From Candidatus Micrarchaeota archaeon (GTDB lineage: Archaea; Micrarchaeota; Micrarchaeia; Anstonellales; JAHKLY01): a stretch of 64,000 nt of DNA. Under the pieces are notes generated by a model, which worked only from the letters and a program-made list of their open reading frames with translations, was not told the DNA's origin and ran no database searches. A program made the translations under genes and the position numbers. Location of the stretch: the NCBI GenBank assembly GCA_020854825.1, contig JAHKLY010000001.1, positions 1 to 64,000 on the forward strand, in the 5' to 3' direction. This document shows, in pieces, positions 9,428-18,906 of this stretch. How positions within the stretch are numbered: position 1 is the stretch's first letter; each line of letters opens with the position of its first letter.

Positions 9428-9994
9428 TCAAATTTTTATGTCTTTGCACAAAATTGCTTCTTTTTTGTTTGTATAAAGAGTTTCTTCTACATCAATAAAG
9501 TAGCCCATTTTTATCATAAACTCTATAACTGGGTTGTCAGAATGTGCATCTCCTTGAATTCTTTTAAAACCCTGCTCTTTTGCGAGCTGTTCTACTGCTT
9601 TTATTAATTTTGATCCAATTTTTTTTCCTTCAAAAACCGGATGCACCCTCAAATTTTTAAGCTCTAAAATAGACTGGTCTTCTTTATGTTTTTGAAAAAT
9701 TAAAGAACCTAATATTATGCCTTCTGGATTTGTAATATATACTGCCTGCTTATATTCTAATTCTAGTTCTCTTCTGCATTTATCAAGCCATAATTCATAA
9801 TCAGGATAATCAAGAGAAAATCTTTTTACAAATGTATAAATTGTGCATATAGTTTTAGAATCTGTTAAAAGTACAGGCTTGCATATTTTTGAATTTGTAT
9901 CAATCATTTTTTCTACTCTTAGATTGGTTAAAATCTCTGATTTTTTATTTTCACCCATTTTAACAATGTGTATATTTTCAGTGTCCAAATTCAT
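9428..9994 (-). CDS. GNAT-family acetyltransferase
   Basis: LELKNLRVHPVFEGKKIGSKL (motif A), NPVIEFMIKMGY; N-terminal DYPDYELWL. Confidence 0.88.
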   Translation of the reverse strand: MNLDTENIHIVKMGENKKSEILTNLRVEKMIDTNSKICKPVLLTDSKTICTIYTFVKRFSLDYPDYELWLDKCRRELELEYKQAVYITNPEGIILGSLIFQKHKEDQSILELKNLRVHPVFEGKKIGSKLIKAVEQLAKEQGFKRIQGDAHSDNPVIEFMIKMGYFIDVEETLYTNKKEAILCKDIKI

Positions 9995-10072
9995 ATTACC
10001 TATTATGTATCAAATATTTAAAAAATGTGTTATTTTAGTATTAAATAGTCTTTTATTATTTGTTTTCTTAAT

Positions 10073-11329
10073 TTGTATATGAAAATTTTAGCTGACTTAC
10101 ACATACATTCAAAATATGCTATGGCTACTTCTCCAAGAAGTGATCTAGATAGTTTTTCAGAATGGGCAAAATTCAAAGGAATTGATTTATTAGGAACTGG
10201 TGATTTCTGTCATCCATTATGGTTTAAAGAATTAAAAGAAAAACTTAAAGAAACAGAAAAAGGAATATATGAATATAAAGGAATTAATTATATCTTACAA
10301 AACGAGGTTTCTACTATTTATTATAAAAATGGAAAATGCAAAAAAATCCACCATATTTTGTATGCGCCTTCATTAGAAATTGTTGAACAAATAAGCGATG
10401 TACTCGGAAAAAAATGTGATTTAAAATCAGACGGCAGACCCATCTTTAAAATCAGTTCTCCTGAATTAGTTGAAACAATAATGAATATCTCAAGAGATAA
10501 TGAAGTTGTAAGTTCGCATTGCTTTACGCCGTGGTTCGGTGTTTTTGGATCAAAAGGAGGTTTTGATTCTTTAGAAGATTGTTATGAAGATCAAACAAAA
10601 CACATACATGCATTAGAAACAGGATTATCTGCGGATCCACCAATGTTTTGGAGAATTTCTAATTTAGATAAATATAATTTAATATCAAACTCAGATTGTC
10701 ATTCACCTGAAAAACTAGGAAGAGAATTAAATGAATTAGGATTAGAAGAATTATCATATAAAAATATTTTACAAACTTTAAGAACAAAAAATGAAAAGAA
10801 TAAAATAACAAAAACATATGAATTTTATCCAGAAGAAGGAAAATATCATGTTGATGGACATAGACATTGTAAAATATCGTTAAATCCTCAAGAGAGTAAA
10901 AAATATAATAACATCTGTCCTGTTTGTAGAAAACAGTTAACATTAGGAGTATTACATAGGGTTGATGATTTAGCAGACAGAGAAATTGGAAAAAAGCCAT
11001 TAACTGCTATTCTGTTTCAACATTTAGTTCCTTTAAGACAAATAATTGCAAAAGTACTTAATAAAGGAGAAAATACAAAAACAGTTGAAGAAGAATATTT
11101 TAAATATATAACATATTTTGGAAATGAATTTAAAGTTTTAACTGCTTCTAAAGAAAGTTTAAATTTAGCAGGTAAATCAGAGATATCTGAAGCTATTTGG
11201 AGAGCGCAAAATGAAAACTTAACAGTAATACCAGGATATGATGGAGTTTTTGGAAAAATAGAATTTAAAGAAGATTTAAAAAAAGAAAAACTAAAGCGCC
11301 CAAAACAAGATTCTTTATTAAATTATTAA
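10073..11329 (+). CDS. endoQ: Endonuclease Q (PHP domain + Zn finger)
   Basis: ADLHIHSKY, GTGD, ETGLSAD, SNSDCHS, GKYHVDGHR.C, CPVC, PGYDGVFG; C-terminal PIP-box-like QDSLLNY; likely start ATG 10079. Confidence 0.9.
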   Translation: MYMKILADLHIHSKYAMATSPRSDLDSFSEWAKFKGIDLLGTGDFCHPLWFKELKEKLKETEKGIYEYKGINYILQNEVSTIYYKNGKCKKIHHILYAPSLEIVEQISDVLGKKCDLKSDGRPIFKISSPELVETIMNISRDNEVVSSHCFTPWFGVFGSKGGFDSLEDCYEDQTKHIHALETGLSADPPMFWRISNLDKYNLISNSDCHSPEKLGRELNELGLEELSYKNILQTLRTKNEKNKITKTYEFYPEEGKYHVDGHRHCKISLNPQESKKYNNICPVCRKQLTLGVLHRVDDLADREIGKKPLTAILFQHLVPLRQIIAKVLNKGENTKTVEEEYFKYITYFGNEFKVLTASKESLNLAGKSEISEAIWRAQNENLTVIPGYDGVFGKIEFKEDLKKEKLKRPKQDSLLNY

Positions 11330-11424
11330 ATATTTGTTTAACAATAATTTTATTGATTAATTTATATCATTTAATTTTATATTAGATATTTCAATTATTT
11401 AATAATATCTATCAATTTTATAGA

Positions 11425-11655
11425 TATTAGTCGCATTTGCAACCAATTTTGAATGAAATTGGTCGGTTTTGCGACTAATTTGAATATAAAAATTTATGAA
11501 TGAAAAACCTTGTTAAGAAATTGGTCGTATTTTCAACCAATTCAGCTTGAAATTGGTCGTTTTTCCGACTAATTTTATATTTTACGTATAAAAATACAAA
11601 AATATTCAGTATACTAAACAAAAAACAGTAAATTTGTTCGCTATACTGGACAAAA
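11425..11655. repeat. Array of 24-bp palindromic sites (consensus AATTGGTCG-N6-CGACYAATT) in pairs with 32-bp period
   Basis: Copies at 11425-11448, 11457-11480, 11519-11542 and 11551-11574; degenerate pair at 11600-11623 and 11632-11655. Confidence 0.85.
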
Positions 11656-11708
11656 TAATTTAAATAATTGAGATTAACTTTTTATACTTCTCTTTTTTAA
11701 ATAAAAAC

Positions 11709-12440
11709 ATGGTTAAGGATAAAGCGCAAACTAAACTAGATTTAGAGAAAATGGTTTCATATCCCTCTTGGAGAGAAATGTTGATGGATTTAGTGGTTGA
11801 AGAAGAGTTTGACCCTTGGGATATTGATATAAGTGCTATCACTTCAAAATATATACAACAAATTAAAGAAATGAAAACTTTAGAATTACAAATTCCAGCT
11901 AATTTAATTCTCGCTGCCTCTATCTTATTAAAATTAAAAAGTAAAGATTTAGTTTTTGAAGAAGAAGTCCAAATAGAAGTAGATGAAACATTTGTAGATG
12001 AAGAAGAAGGCCCAATAGAAATACCTATGTTAGAATTAAGAACAAGAATTCCTCCAAAACGAAGAGTATCTTTAGAAGAATTAGTAGAAGCGGTTGAAGA
12101 AGTGTTTAAAGAAGAACAAAATAGAATTGAAAAACAAAGTAAAATCGAAATCCCAAAAAAAATGATTTTACAATTACCTGAAATAACAATAGATGAACAG
12201 ATAAATGAAGTAAAACAAAGAATGTTAAATTTAAAAGATGAAAAAGGAATGGTATTATTTTCTAATTTAATAAAAAACAAAACACCAAATGAAAAAGTTT
12301 TTGCGTTATTACCTTTATTATATTTACAACAAAAACATGAGGTTTTTTTAATACAAGAAAAACTTTTTGGGGAGATTATAATACACGTTAACTTTAATAA
12401 ATTAAAGGAACTAGATGATAAACATGGAAAAATCGCTTGA
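11709..12440 (+). CDS. scpA: Segregation and condensation protein A (kleisin)
   Basis: FDPWDIDISAITSKY, ANLILAASILLKLKS, RRVSLEELV, LLPLLYL...IQEKLFGEI. Confidence 0.92.
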   Translation: MVKDKAQTKLDLEKMVSYPSWREMLMDLVVEEEFDPWDIDISAITSKYIQQIKEMKTLELQIPANLILAASILLKLKSKDLVFEEEVQIEVDETFVDEEEGPIEIPMLELRTRIPPKRRVSLEELVEAVEEVFKEEQNRIEKQSKIEIPKKMILQLPEITIDEQINEVKQRMLNLKDEKGMVLFSNLIKNKTPNEKVFALLPLLYLQQKHEVFLIQEKLFGEIIIHVNFNKLKELDDKHGKIA

Positions 12441-12891
12441 AAAACAGAAAATAATTGAAGCTGCATTATTTATGTCAACTAAACCATTATCAGTTGCTGA
12501 TTTAGCTAAATTATTAAATATAGCTGCAATTGGTTATGTAACTAAGGAGATAAAAACCATTCAAAAACAATACGAGGATAGAAATGGACCTATACAAATA
12601 TTTGAAGAAAATGGAAAATATATTATGACTTTAAAAGCCGAATATGCAAGAGAAGTAAAAGATTTTGCAAAAGAAGCTGAAATAAATCCTCATGCATTGA
12701 AAACATTGGGATATATTGCAAAAAGAGATGGAATTTTAAAGTCTGATTTATGCAAAAAACTAGGAAGTACAATTTATCAAGATGTTATAGAATTAAATGA
12801 AAAAGGATTTATTACACAAAAAAAATCAGGGAGAACAAAAAAAATATTTTTAACTCAAAAATTCAAAGATTATTTTAAAGGAGAGTTATGA
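12415..12891 (+). CDS. scpB: SMC-Scp complex subunit ScpB
   Basis: IIEAALFMSTKPLS, ALKTLGYIA, LTQKFKDYF; follows scpA. Confidence 0.92.
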   Translation: MINMEKSLEKQKIIEAALFMSTKPLSVADLAKLLNIAAIGYVTKEIKTIQKQYEDRNGPIQIFEENGKYIMTLKAEYAREVKDFAKEAEINPHALKTLGYIAKRDGILKSDLCKKLGSTIYQDVIELNEKGFITQKKSGRTKKIFLTQKFKDYFKGEL

Positions 12892-12895
12892 TATT

Positions 12896-14149
12896 ATGAA
12901 ATTAGAAAATGCAAAAGGAACCAGAGATTTTATGCCTGAAGACCAAATTTTAATAGAAGAAATACTGGATAAAATTAAAGAAATTTTCAAAATATATGGA
13001 TATCAACCTTTACAAACCCCTGCTTTAGAAAGACTTGATGTATTAACTGCTAAGTATGCAGGAGGAAGTGAATTACTAAAAGAAACATTTACATTGGAAG
13101 ACCAAGGAAAAAGAAAATTAGCACTAAGAAATGAATTTACTGTGCCTTTAGCAAGAATAATGGCATCTAGAAGAGATATAAAATTTCCGTTTAAAAGATA
13201 CCAAATTGGCTCAATTTGGAGAGATGGTCCTGTAGAAAAAAACAGATATAGAGAATTTCTACAATGTGATGTAGACATAATTGGATGTAAAGAAATGACT
13301 GCAGAAGCAGAATTAATGCTTATGACAGGCCAAATATTTGACCTTTTGGGATTAAAATATGAAATTTTAATAAATAATAGAAAAATTCTGAATGAATTAA
13401 TGAAATACTTTAAAATCTCAGATTTAAATCAAACTTTAATTTCTTTGGATAAACTAGATAAAATAGGAAAAAACGGAGTAAAAGAAGAATTAAAAGAAGT
13501 AAAAAATGCAGAAAAGCTATTAGAATTCATAGATAAAATAAATAATAAAAAAAATGAAGATATATTAAAAGAAATAGAAAAAATTTCAAAACAAGGAGTT
13601 GAAGAACTAAAAGAAATATTAAAATTGACTGGAAAAACAAATATAAAAATAGCTCCATATTTAGTAAGAGGATTAGGATATTATACAGGACCAATATTTG
13701 AAGTCATACTTATAAACTCAGAAATTAAAGTATCAGTAGCAGGAGGAGGAAGATGGGACGATATGATAAAAGAGTATGCAAATGAAACAAAAGAATTTCC
13801 TGCAGTTGGGATTTCATTTGGAGTTAGTAGAATATTTGATGAATTAAAGAAAACGCAGATTAAAAAAACAACAACTGAAGTTTTTGTGATCCCTATTAAT
13901 ACATTCAAACAATCTTTAGAAATAACTCAAAAATTAAGAAAACAAGGAATTAATACAGATATTGATTTAGTTGGTAAAGGATTGAGTAAAAATTTAAATT
14001 TTGTTAATTCTCTAGGAATACCCTATGTATTATTTATTGGTGATGAAGAACTTAAAACTGATAAATTAAAATTAAAAAATATGGAAACTGGATTAGAAGA
14101 GTCGATTACTCTGGATAAATTAATTAAAAAATTGGAGGATAATAAATGA
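12896..14149 (+). CDS. hisS: Histidine--tRNA ligase
   Basis: KGTRDF, RYREFLQCDVD, LVRGLGYYTG, GGGRWD, AVGISFG. Confidence 0.97.
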   Translation: MKLENAKGTRDFMPEDQILIEEILDKIKEIFKIYGYQPLQTPALERLDVLTAKYAGGSELLKETFTLEDQGKRKLALRNEFTVPLARIMASRRDIKFPFKRYQIGSIWRDGPVEKNRYREFLQCDVDIIGCKEMTAEAELMLMTGQIFDLLGLKYEILINNRKILNELMKYFKISDLNQTLISLDKLDKIGKNGVKEELKEVKNAEKLLEFIDKINNKKNEDILKEIEKISKQGVEELKEILKLTGKTNIKIAPYLVRGLGYYTGPIFEVILINSEIKVSVAGGGRWDDMIKEYANETKEFPAVGISFGVSRIFDELKKTQIKKTTTEVFVIPINTFKQSLEITQKLRKQGINTDIDLVGKGLSKNLNFVNSLGIPYVLFIGDEELKTDKLKLKNMETGLEESITLDKLIKKLEDNK

Positions 14150-15093
14150 TTTTTTCAATACTTGCTTTTGTAATTTCGATACTAATACTCGCTAAAGCAT
14201 CAGATTGGACAATAACTGGAGCAATAAGTATTGCAAGATATTTAAAATTAAGTGATTTAGTGATTGGTTTTTTTCTAATATCTTTTGCCACTTCCTTACC
14301 TGAATTATCTGTTGCTATATCTTCCGGTTTATCTCATGCAGGAGGAATCTCATTAGGAAATATTTTAGGTTCAAATATTGTTAATATCGCATTAACTGCA
14401 GGAGTAATGGGAATATTAGGAAAAACAATATTTATCAAAAAAGAGGATATTAAAAAGCTAAATAAAATGATTCTTATATCTATTATAATTATCCCATTTA
14501 TCTTATTGAGTCCGCAACTAGGAGTATTAGAAGGAATAATTCTAATTCTATTATTTTTAATTTTTCTCATGTACACAATAAAAAATGAAATTTCTTTAGA
14601 ATATGAAGGAAAACGCCCGACTAGAAAACAAGCAATTACTGGCTTAAGTTATTTTCTAATAGGTATATCTTTGGTTATATTTTCATCATCATATGCAGTA
14701 GAAAATGGAATTCATATCATTGTAAATTTTGGTATAACACAAAGCTTTTTAGGTGCAACTTTGATAGCGATAGGAACCACCTTACCTGAATTAATGGTTA
14801 GTGTAAAGGCATTACAAAAAAAACATTTTAATTTAGCCTTAGGGAATATCTTAGGAAGCTGTATAATTAATCTAACTCTAATATTGGGAATTGGTGCAGT
14901 TTTAGCACCAATTATTATAGAACAACCTATCATTTTTATAATAAGCTTCTTTCTAATGGTATCTATAATAACATTACATCATTTCTTAAGAACAGATAAT
15001 AGACTCAAAAGAAATGAAGGGATTGTTTTAGTAATGGTATATATTGTTTATTTATTAACATTATTTGCTATTCAAACCCATATACTTCTTTGA
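14146..15093 (+). CDS. Na+/Ca2+ antiporter (CaCA family)
   Basis: Duplicated alpha repeats ATSLPEL...GNILGSN and GTTLPEL...GNILGS. Confidence 0.93.
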   Translation: MIFSILAFVISILILAKASDWTITGAISIARYLKLSDLVIGFFLISFATSLPELSVAISSGLSHAGGISLGNILGSNIVNIALTAGVMGILGKTIFIKKEDIKKLNKMILISIIIIPFILLSPQLGVLEGIILILLFLIFLMYTIKNEISLEYEGKRPTRKQAITGLSYFLIGISLVIFSSSYAVENGIHIIVNFGITQSFLGATLIAIGTTLPELMVSVKALQKKHFNLALGNILGSCIINLTLILGIGAVLAPIIIEQPIIFIISFFLMVSIITLHHFLRTDNRLKRNEGIVLVMVYIVYLLTLFAIQTHILL

Positions 15094-15132
15094 TGGGTAA
15101 TCTTTTAATATTTCTCTTATGAATAATATTAG

Positions 15133-15645
15133 GTGAATTCTATGAAAAATGAAAAAAGTCCAGAAGAAATTATTGAAGAAACTCTCAAAGAGGGAGGAGT
15201 GTTAGCAGAAATCTATTTTGACTTACATGGCAGTTCTTCAGAAATAGTAAAAAACATAATGACTGATACTATCTCAAAATTAACTCAAGAACCTGGAGTT
15301 GTTTTTGCATATGGGGAGATTGAAGATGCATTAGAATATGAAAATAACTTATATTCAACATATGCTCAAGGTAGAGTTTTAGCAAAAGACCTAGAATCTC
15401 TATTAAATATATGTATGAAATATGCACCTATGGGAATTGAAATTGTTAAACCTCATAGAATGAATGTAGATGCAGGTACCTTACAAAGATTATTCCTTAA
15501 TGCTGCTTCATTTAGTTATAATTTCACCGAAATGTATTTAAGAAAAACTTTAACAGATAAAGATAAAATTGAATATGGGTTAAAAATGAAAATGAGAGAA
15601 GAAATGGGTAAAAAACTATTAGAAAAAATACAAAAAGATGATTGA
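15133..15645 (+). CDS. Conserved-looking hypothetical protein
   Basis: ORF with normal codon pattern, overlaps the KaiC-like gene. Confidence 0.7.
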   Translation: MNSMKNEKSPEEIIEETLKEGGVLAEIYFDLHGSSSEIVKNIMTDTISKLTQEPGVVFAYGEIEDALEYENNLYSTYAQGRVLAKDLESLLNICMKYAPMGIEIVKPHRMNVDAGTLQRLFLNAASFSYNFTEMYLRKTLTDKDKIEYGLKMKMREEMGKKLLEKIQKDD

Positions 15646-16384
15646 TATGGAAAAAATAAAAAGTGGTATTAAAGAATTAGATAAAATTCTTGGAGGAGGA
15701 ATACCAAAAGAAAACATAACAGTAATTTCTGGGGGAGTTGGTACTGGTAAATCCACACTTGGCATGCAGTTTTTAGAAGAGGGCATAAAAAATAATGATG
15801 AAACTGGATTATATATTTCTTTTGAAGAAAAAAAAATCCCAACTTTAAAACACATGCAGGAATTAGGATTAAATATTAAAAAACTTGAAGAAGAAAAAAA
15901 ATTAATTTTTATTGAATTTCCAGTAAGTGAATTAGAACAATTATTTGAACAAGAAGATGCAATTAAAACAATGATTGAAACAACAGATGTTAAAAGAGTA
16001 GTTATAGATCCAATCACTCCCTTTGGTTTATTACAAAAAAATGAATTAGAAAAAAGACAAAATTTATTACATTTTATAGCCAAAGTAAGAACTTGGGGAA
16101 CAACTACTCTTCTAATAGGAGAAGATGGACGATTCAAAGAAAATGATATTCCTAAAACTGTCTCAGGTATAGAAAATTTTACAGATGGATTTATACATTT
16201 GTCTAATAAATTAGAAAATAGAAAACGTAGAAGAGGATTAGAAATAGTAAAAATGAGAGGGTGTTGTTTTGAAGAAAAAATATATGATTTTATAATTACT
16301 AAAAAAGGGATTGAAATAATAGAAAATGATACCGTAAAAACTAAAAAAACACAAAAAATACATAAAAAAGAGGGTTATTTATGA
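15638..16384 (+). CDS. KaiC/RAD55-family RecA-superfamily ATPase
   Basis: SGIKELDKILGGGIP, Walker A GGVGTGKS, YISFEE, RVVID, EIVKMRG. Confidence 0.92.
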   Translation: MIDMEKIKSGIKELDKILGGGIPKENITVISGGVGTGKSTLGMQFLEEGIKNNDETGLYISFEEKKIPTLKHMQELGLNIKKLEEEKKLIFIEFPVSELEQLFEQEDAIKTMIETTDVKRVVIDPITPFGLLQKNELEKRQNLLHFIAKVRTWGTTTLLIGEDGRFKENDIPKTVSGIENFTDGFIHLSNKLENRKRRRGLEIVKMRGCCFEEKIYDFIITKKGIEIIENDTVKTKKTQKIHKKEGYL

Positions 16385-17511
16385 ATAGTATTGTAACTCC
16401 TTGGGAAGTAAAGGGTAATATTGATTATAATAAACTAATTACTGAGTTTGGTTTGTCTAAACTAGATAATAAAATGATTAAAAGAATTGAAAAACATACT
16501 GGTGAGATACATTATTTTTTAAAAAGAGGAATATTTTTTGCTCATAGAGATATGAACTTTATTTTAGATGAATATGAAAAAGGAAATAAATTTTTCTTAT
16601 ATACTGGCAGGGCGCCTTCAGGACATACTCATCTAGGTCATTTAATACCATGGATATTTACTAAATGGTTGCAAGATAAATTTGGAGTTGAATTATGGTT
16701 TCAATTTCCTGATGAAGAAAAATTTCTATTTAAACAAGAGTTAGAATATGATAAAGTTCAAGAAATGGTTTATGAAAATATGCTTGATGTTATTGCATTA
16801 GGATTTGACCCTAAAAAAACTCACTTTTTAATTGATACTAAACATGCAGACATCATGTATCCAGAAGCAATAAAAGTTGCTAAAAAAATAACTTTTTCAA
16901 CAGTACGTTCAGCATTTGGTTTTGAAAATGACCAAAATATAGGAGCTATATTTTATACTGCGATGCAGGCAGTTCCAGCTTTTTTACCAAATATACTTGA
17001 AAAAAATAAAAAACCAAGACCTTGTTTAATTCCACATGCGATTGACCAAGATCCACATTTCAGAGTTTCGAGAGATGTTATCCCAAAATTAGGATATTAT
17101 AAACCTGCATCTATCCAATGCAGATTCCTACCTGGATTGGCAGGAATAGAAAGTGATGGAAAAATGTCTTCGTCATCAGGAAATAATGCAACCATCTTTA
17201 CAACTGATGATGCAAAAACTGTTAAGAAAAAAATTAATAAATATGCTTTTTCAGGTGGGCGTGAAACTGTCGAAGAACATAGAAAAAAAGGAGGAATACC
17301 TGAAATAGATGTGTCTTATCAATGGCTTACATTTTTTGAAGAAGATGATAAAAAACTTAAAAAAATATATGAAGATTACAAATCAGGCGCATTACTAAGC
17401 GGTGAATTAAAAGCTATTTTAATAGATAAAATAAACGAATTTCTTAAAAAACATCAAGAAAAACGCGAAAAAGCAAAATCCCAATTAAATAATTTTATTT
17501 ACAAAAAATAA
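16381..17511 (+). CDS. trpS: Tryptophan--tRNA ligase
   Basis: VTPW, YTGRAPS, HLGH, AIDQDPHFR, KMSSS. Confidence 0.97.
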   Translation: MNSIVTPWEVKGNIDYNKLITEFGLSKLDNKMIKRIEKHTGEIHYFLKRGIFFAHRDMNFILDEYEKGNKFFLYTGRAPSGHTHLGHLIPWIFTKWLQDKFGVELWFQFPDEEKFLFKQELEYDKVQEMVYENMLDVIALGFDPKKTHFLIDTKHADIMYPEAIKVAKKITFSTVRSAFGFENDQNIGAIFYTAMQAVPAFLPNILEKNKKPRPCLIPHAIDQDPHFRVSRDVIPKLGYYKPASIQCRFLPGLAGIESDGKMSSSSGNNATIFTTDDAKTVKKKINKYAFSGGRETVEEHRKKGGIPEIDVSYQWLTFFEEDDKKLKKIYEDYKSGALLSGELKAILIDKINEFLKKHQEKREKAKSQLNNFIYKK

Positions 17512-17512
17512 T

Positions 17513-17854
17513 TTACTTTAAATAAGAATCTCCTTTTCTAAAATTTATTTTTAAAACAAGTAATTTTAACTCTTTATCAGTTTTATTCTCAAAACCATGC
17601 ATCTCTTGTTTTTTAATAAAAATCATATCTCCTGGTTTAACTTCAAATCTCTTATTTTCAACTATCATAATAGCCGAATTTTCAGTTATATAAAATATTT
17701 CATCTGTATATTCATGTTTATGTTGAGGAACTATTTGATTAGGTAATATTATTACGTCTTGAATAAGATTTACTTTATCTGCTAAATCATCTATTAATAT
17801 TCTTTTTTTATATCCTTTTCCTTCTATCCATTTATCTGTTTTTATAAATTCCAT
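17513..17854 (-). CDS. Cupin domain protein
   Basis: PQHKH...EIFYI...GDMIFI...HGFEN. Confidence 0.9.
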   Translation of the reverse strand: MEFIKTDKWIEGKGYKKRILIDDLADKVNLIQDVIILPNQIVPQHKHEYTDEIFYITENSAIMIVENKRFEVKPGDMIFIKKQEMHGFENKTDKELKLLVLKINFRKGDSYLK

Positions 17855-17930
17855 AATATCACTTAGTAGTTCACATTTATAAATTTTAAACCTATGAAAG
17901 CTTTAAACTATTTACTGTAGTACCATATAC

Positions 17931-18605
17931 ATGAAAAACGAAATAATAGTATTATTATGTTTAGTTCTTTGTACTTCTATTATTTTTGCGCAACAGCAAG
18001 GAGTACAAAAACAAACAATAGTATCAATAGGAGAAAATACGTCTTCTGAAAATAATCAACCATCTGCACAAATTCAAACAAACACTCAAACTTCAGAAGA
18101 AAATAAAGGACAAACAAATCAAATACAACAAACTGTTACTGCAAAAATAAGAACAGGTAACTATACAACTGAAACTGGAGAAAATATACAAATACAAGAA
18201 CAAAAAAATAATCAAATAAAAATAAGTTCAAAAGAAATCTCTGCAAATACTAATTTAAATGTCACTTCGGAAAATGAAGGTGAAAAAACAAAATTAAAAT
18301 TAAAACTTAGTAATGGAATGAATATTGAATTAAAGATTATGCCGGATACAGCTTCTGAAACAGCAATACAAGCATTAAAATTAAATATTTGTACTGAAGA
18401 AAATAATTGTCAAATAGAATTAAAGGAAGTAGGTCAAGGAGAACAAATACAAGCAGCTTACGAGATTAAAGCACAAAAACAAGTTAAAATTTTAGGAATA
18501 TTTCAAACACAAATGCAGGTACAAACACAAGTAAATGCAGAAAACGGAGAACTCATAAAAACAGAAAAACCCTGGTGGGCTTTTTTAGTAACTGAATCAG
18601 AATAA
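17931..18605 (+). CDS. Secreted Gln-rich hypothetical protein
   Basis: Signal peptide; C-terminal PepSY-like VNAENGELI...KPWWAFL. Confidence 0.7.
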   Translation: MKNEIIVLLCLVLCTSIIFAQQQGVQKQTIVSIGENTSSENNQPSAQIQTNTQTSEENKGQTNQIQQTVTAKIRTGNYTTETGENIQIQEQKNNQIKISSKEISANTNLNVTSENEGEKTKLKLKLSNGMNIELKIMPDTASETAIQALKLNICTEENNCQIELKEVGQGEQIQAAYEIKAQKQVKILGIFQTQMQVQTQVNAENGELIKTEKPWWAFLVTESE

Positions 18606-18643
18606 AGCATTACTTTTTAATTTCTTTTTTTTATAAAATTGTT

Positions 18644-18880
18644 ATGACTAAAGACATTAAAGAACGAATTGAAATAGATCTGCGAAAATTCGAAGATTCA
18701 ATAAAAGAAATAGATTCTGAAACAAAAGAGAAATATAAACATATTATAGACTTAGCAGAGCGATATTACTATGATACAAAATACTTTGTTGAAAAAAAAG
18801 ATTTGACAACTGCTTTTGGCGCAATTGTTTATGCGCACGGCTTAATAGATGCTTTGAAAAAATTAAATGAAAAAGAATAA
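18644..18880 (+). CDS. DUF357 domain protein
   Basis: LAERYYYDTKYF..KKDLTTAFGAIVYAHGLIDA. Confidence 0.88.
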   Translation: MTKDIKERIEIDLRKFEDSIKEIDSETKEKYKHIIDLAERYYYDTKYFVEKKDLTTAFGAIVYAHGLIDALKKLNEKE

Positions 18881-18906
18881 ACTGTATACAGAATAGAAGT
18901 GAAAAA

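Noticed and set aside
11425-11655. CRISPR array or canonical ORB origin
   Set aside because: Spacers are 8 bp within pairs and irregular between pairs; the motif does not match the ORB consensus and no cdc6/orc1 is adjacent
11660-12466. 268-aa minus-strand ORF
   Set aside because: Antisense shadow of scpA; the same applies to the other short ORFs opposite recognised genes
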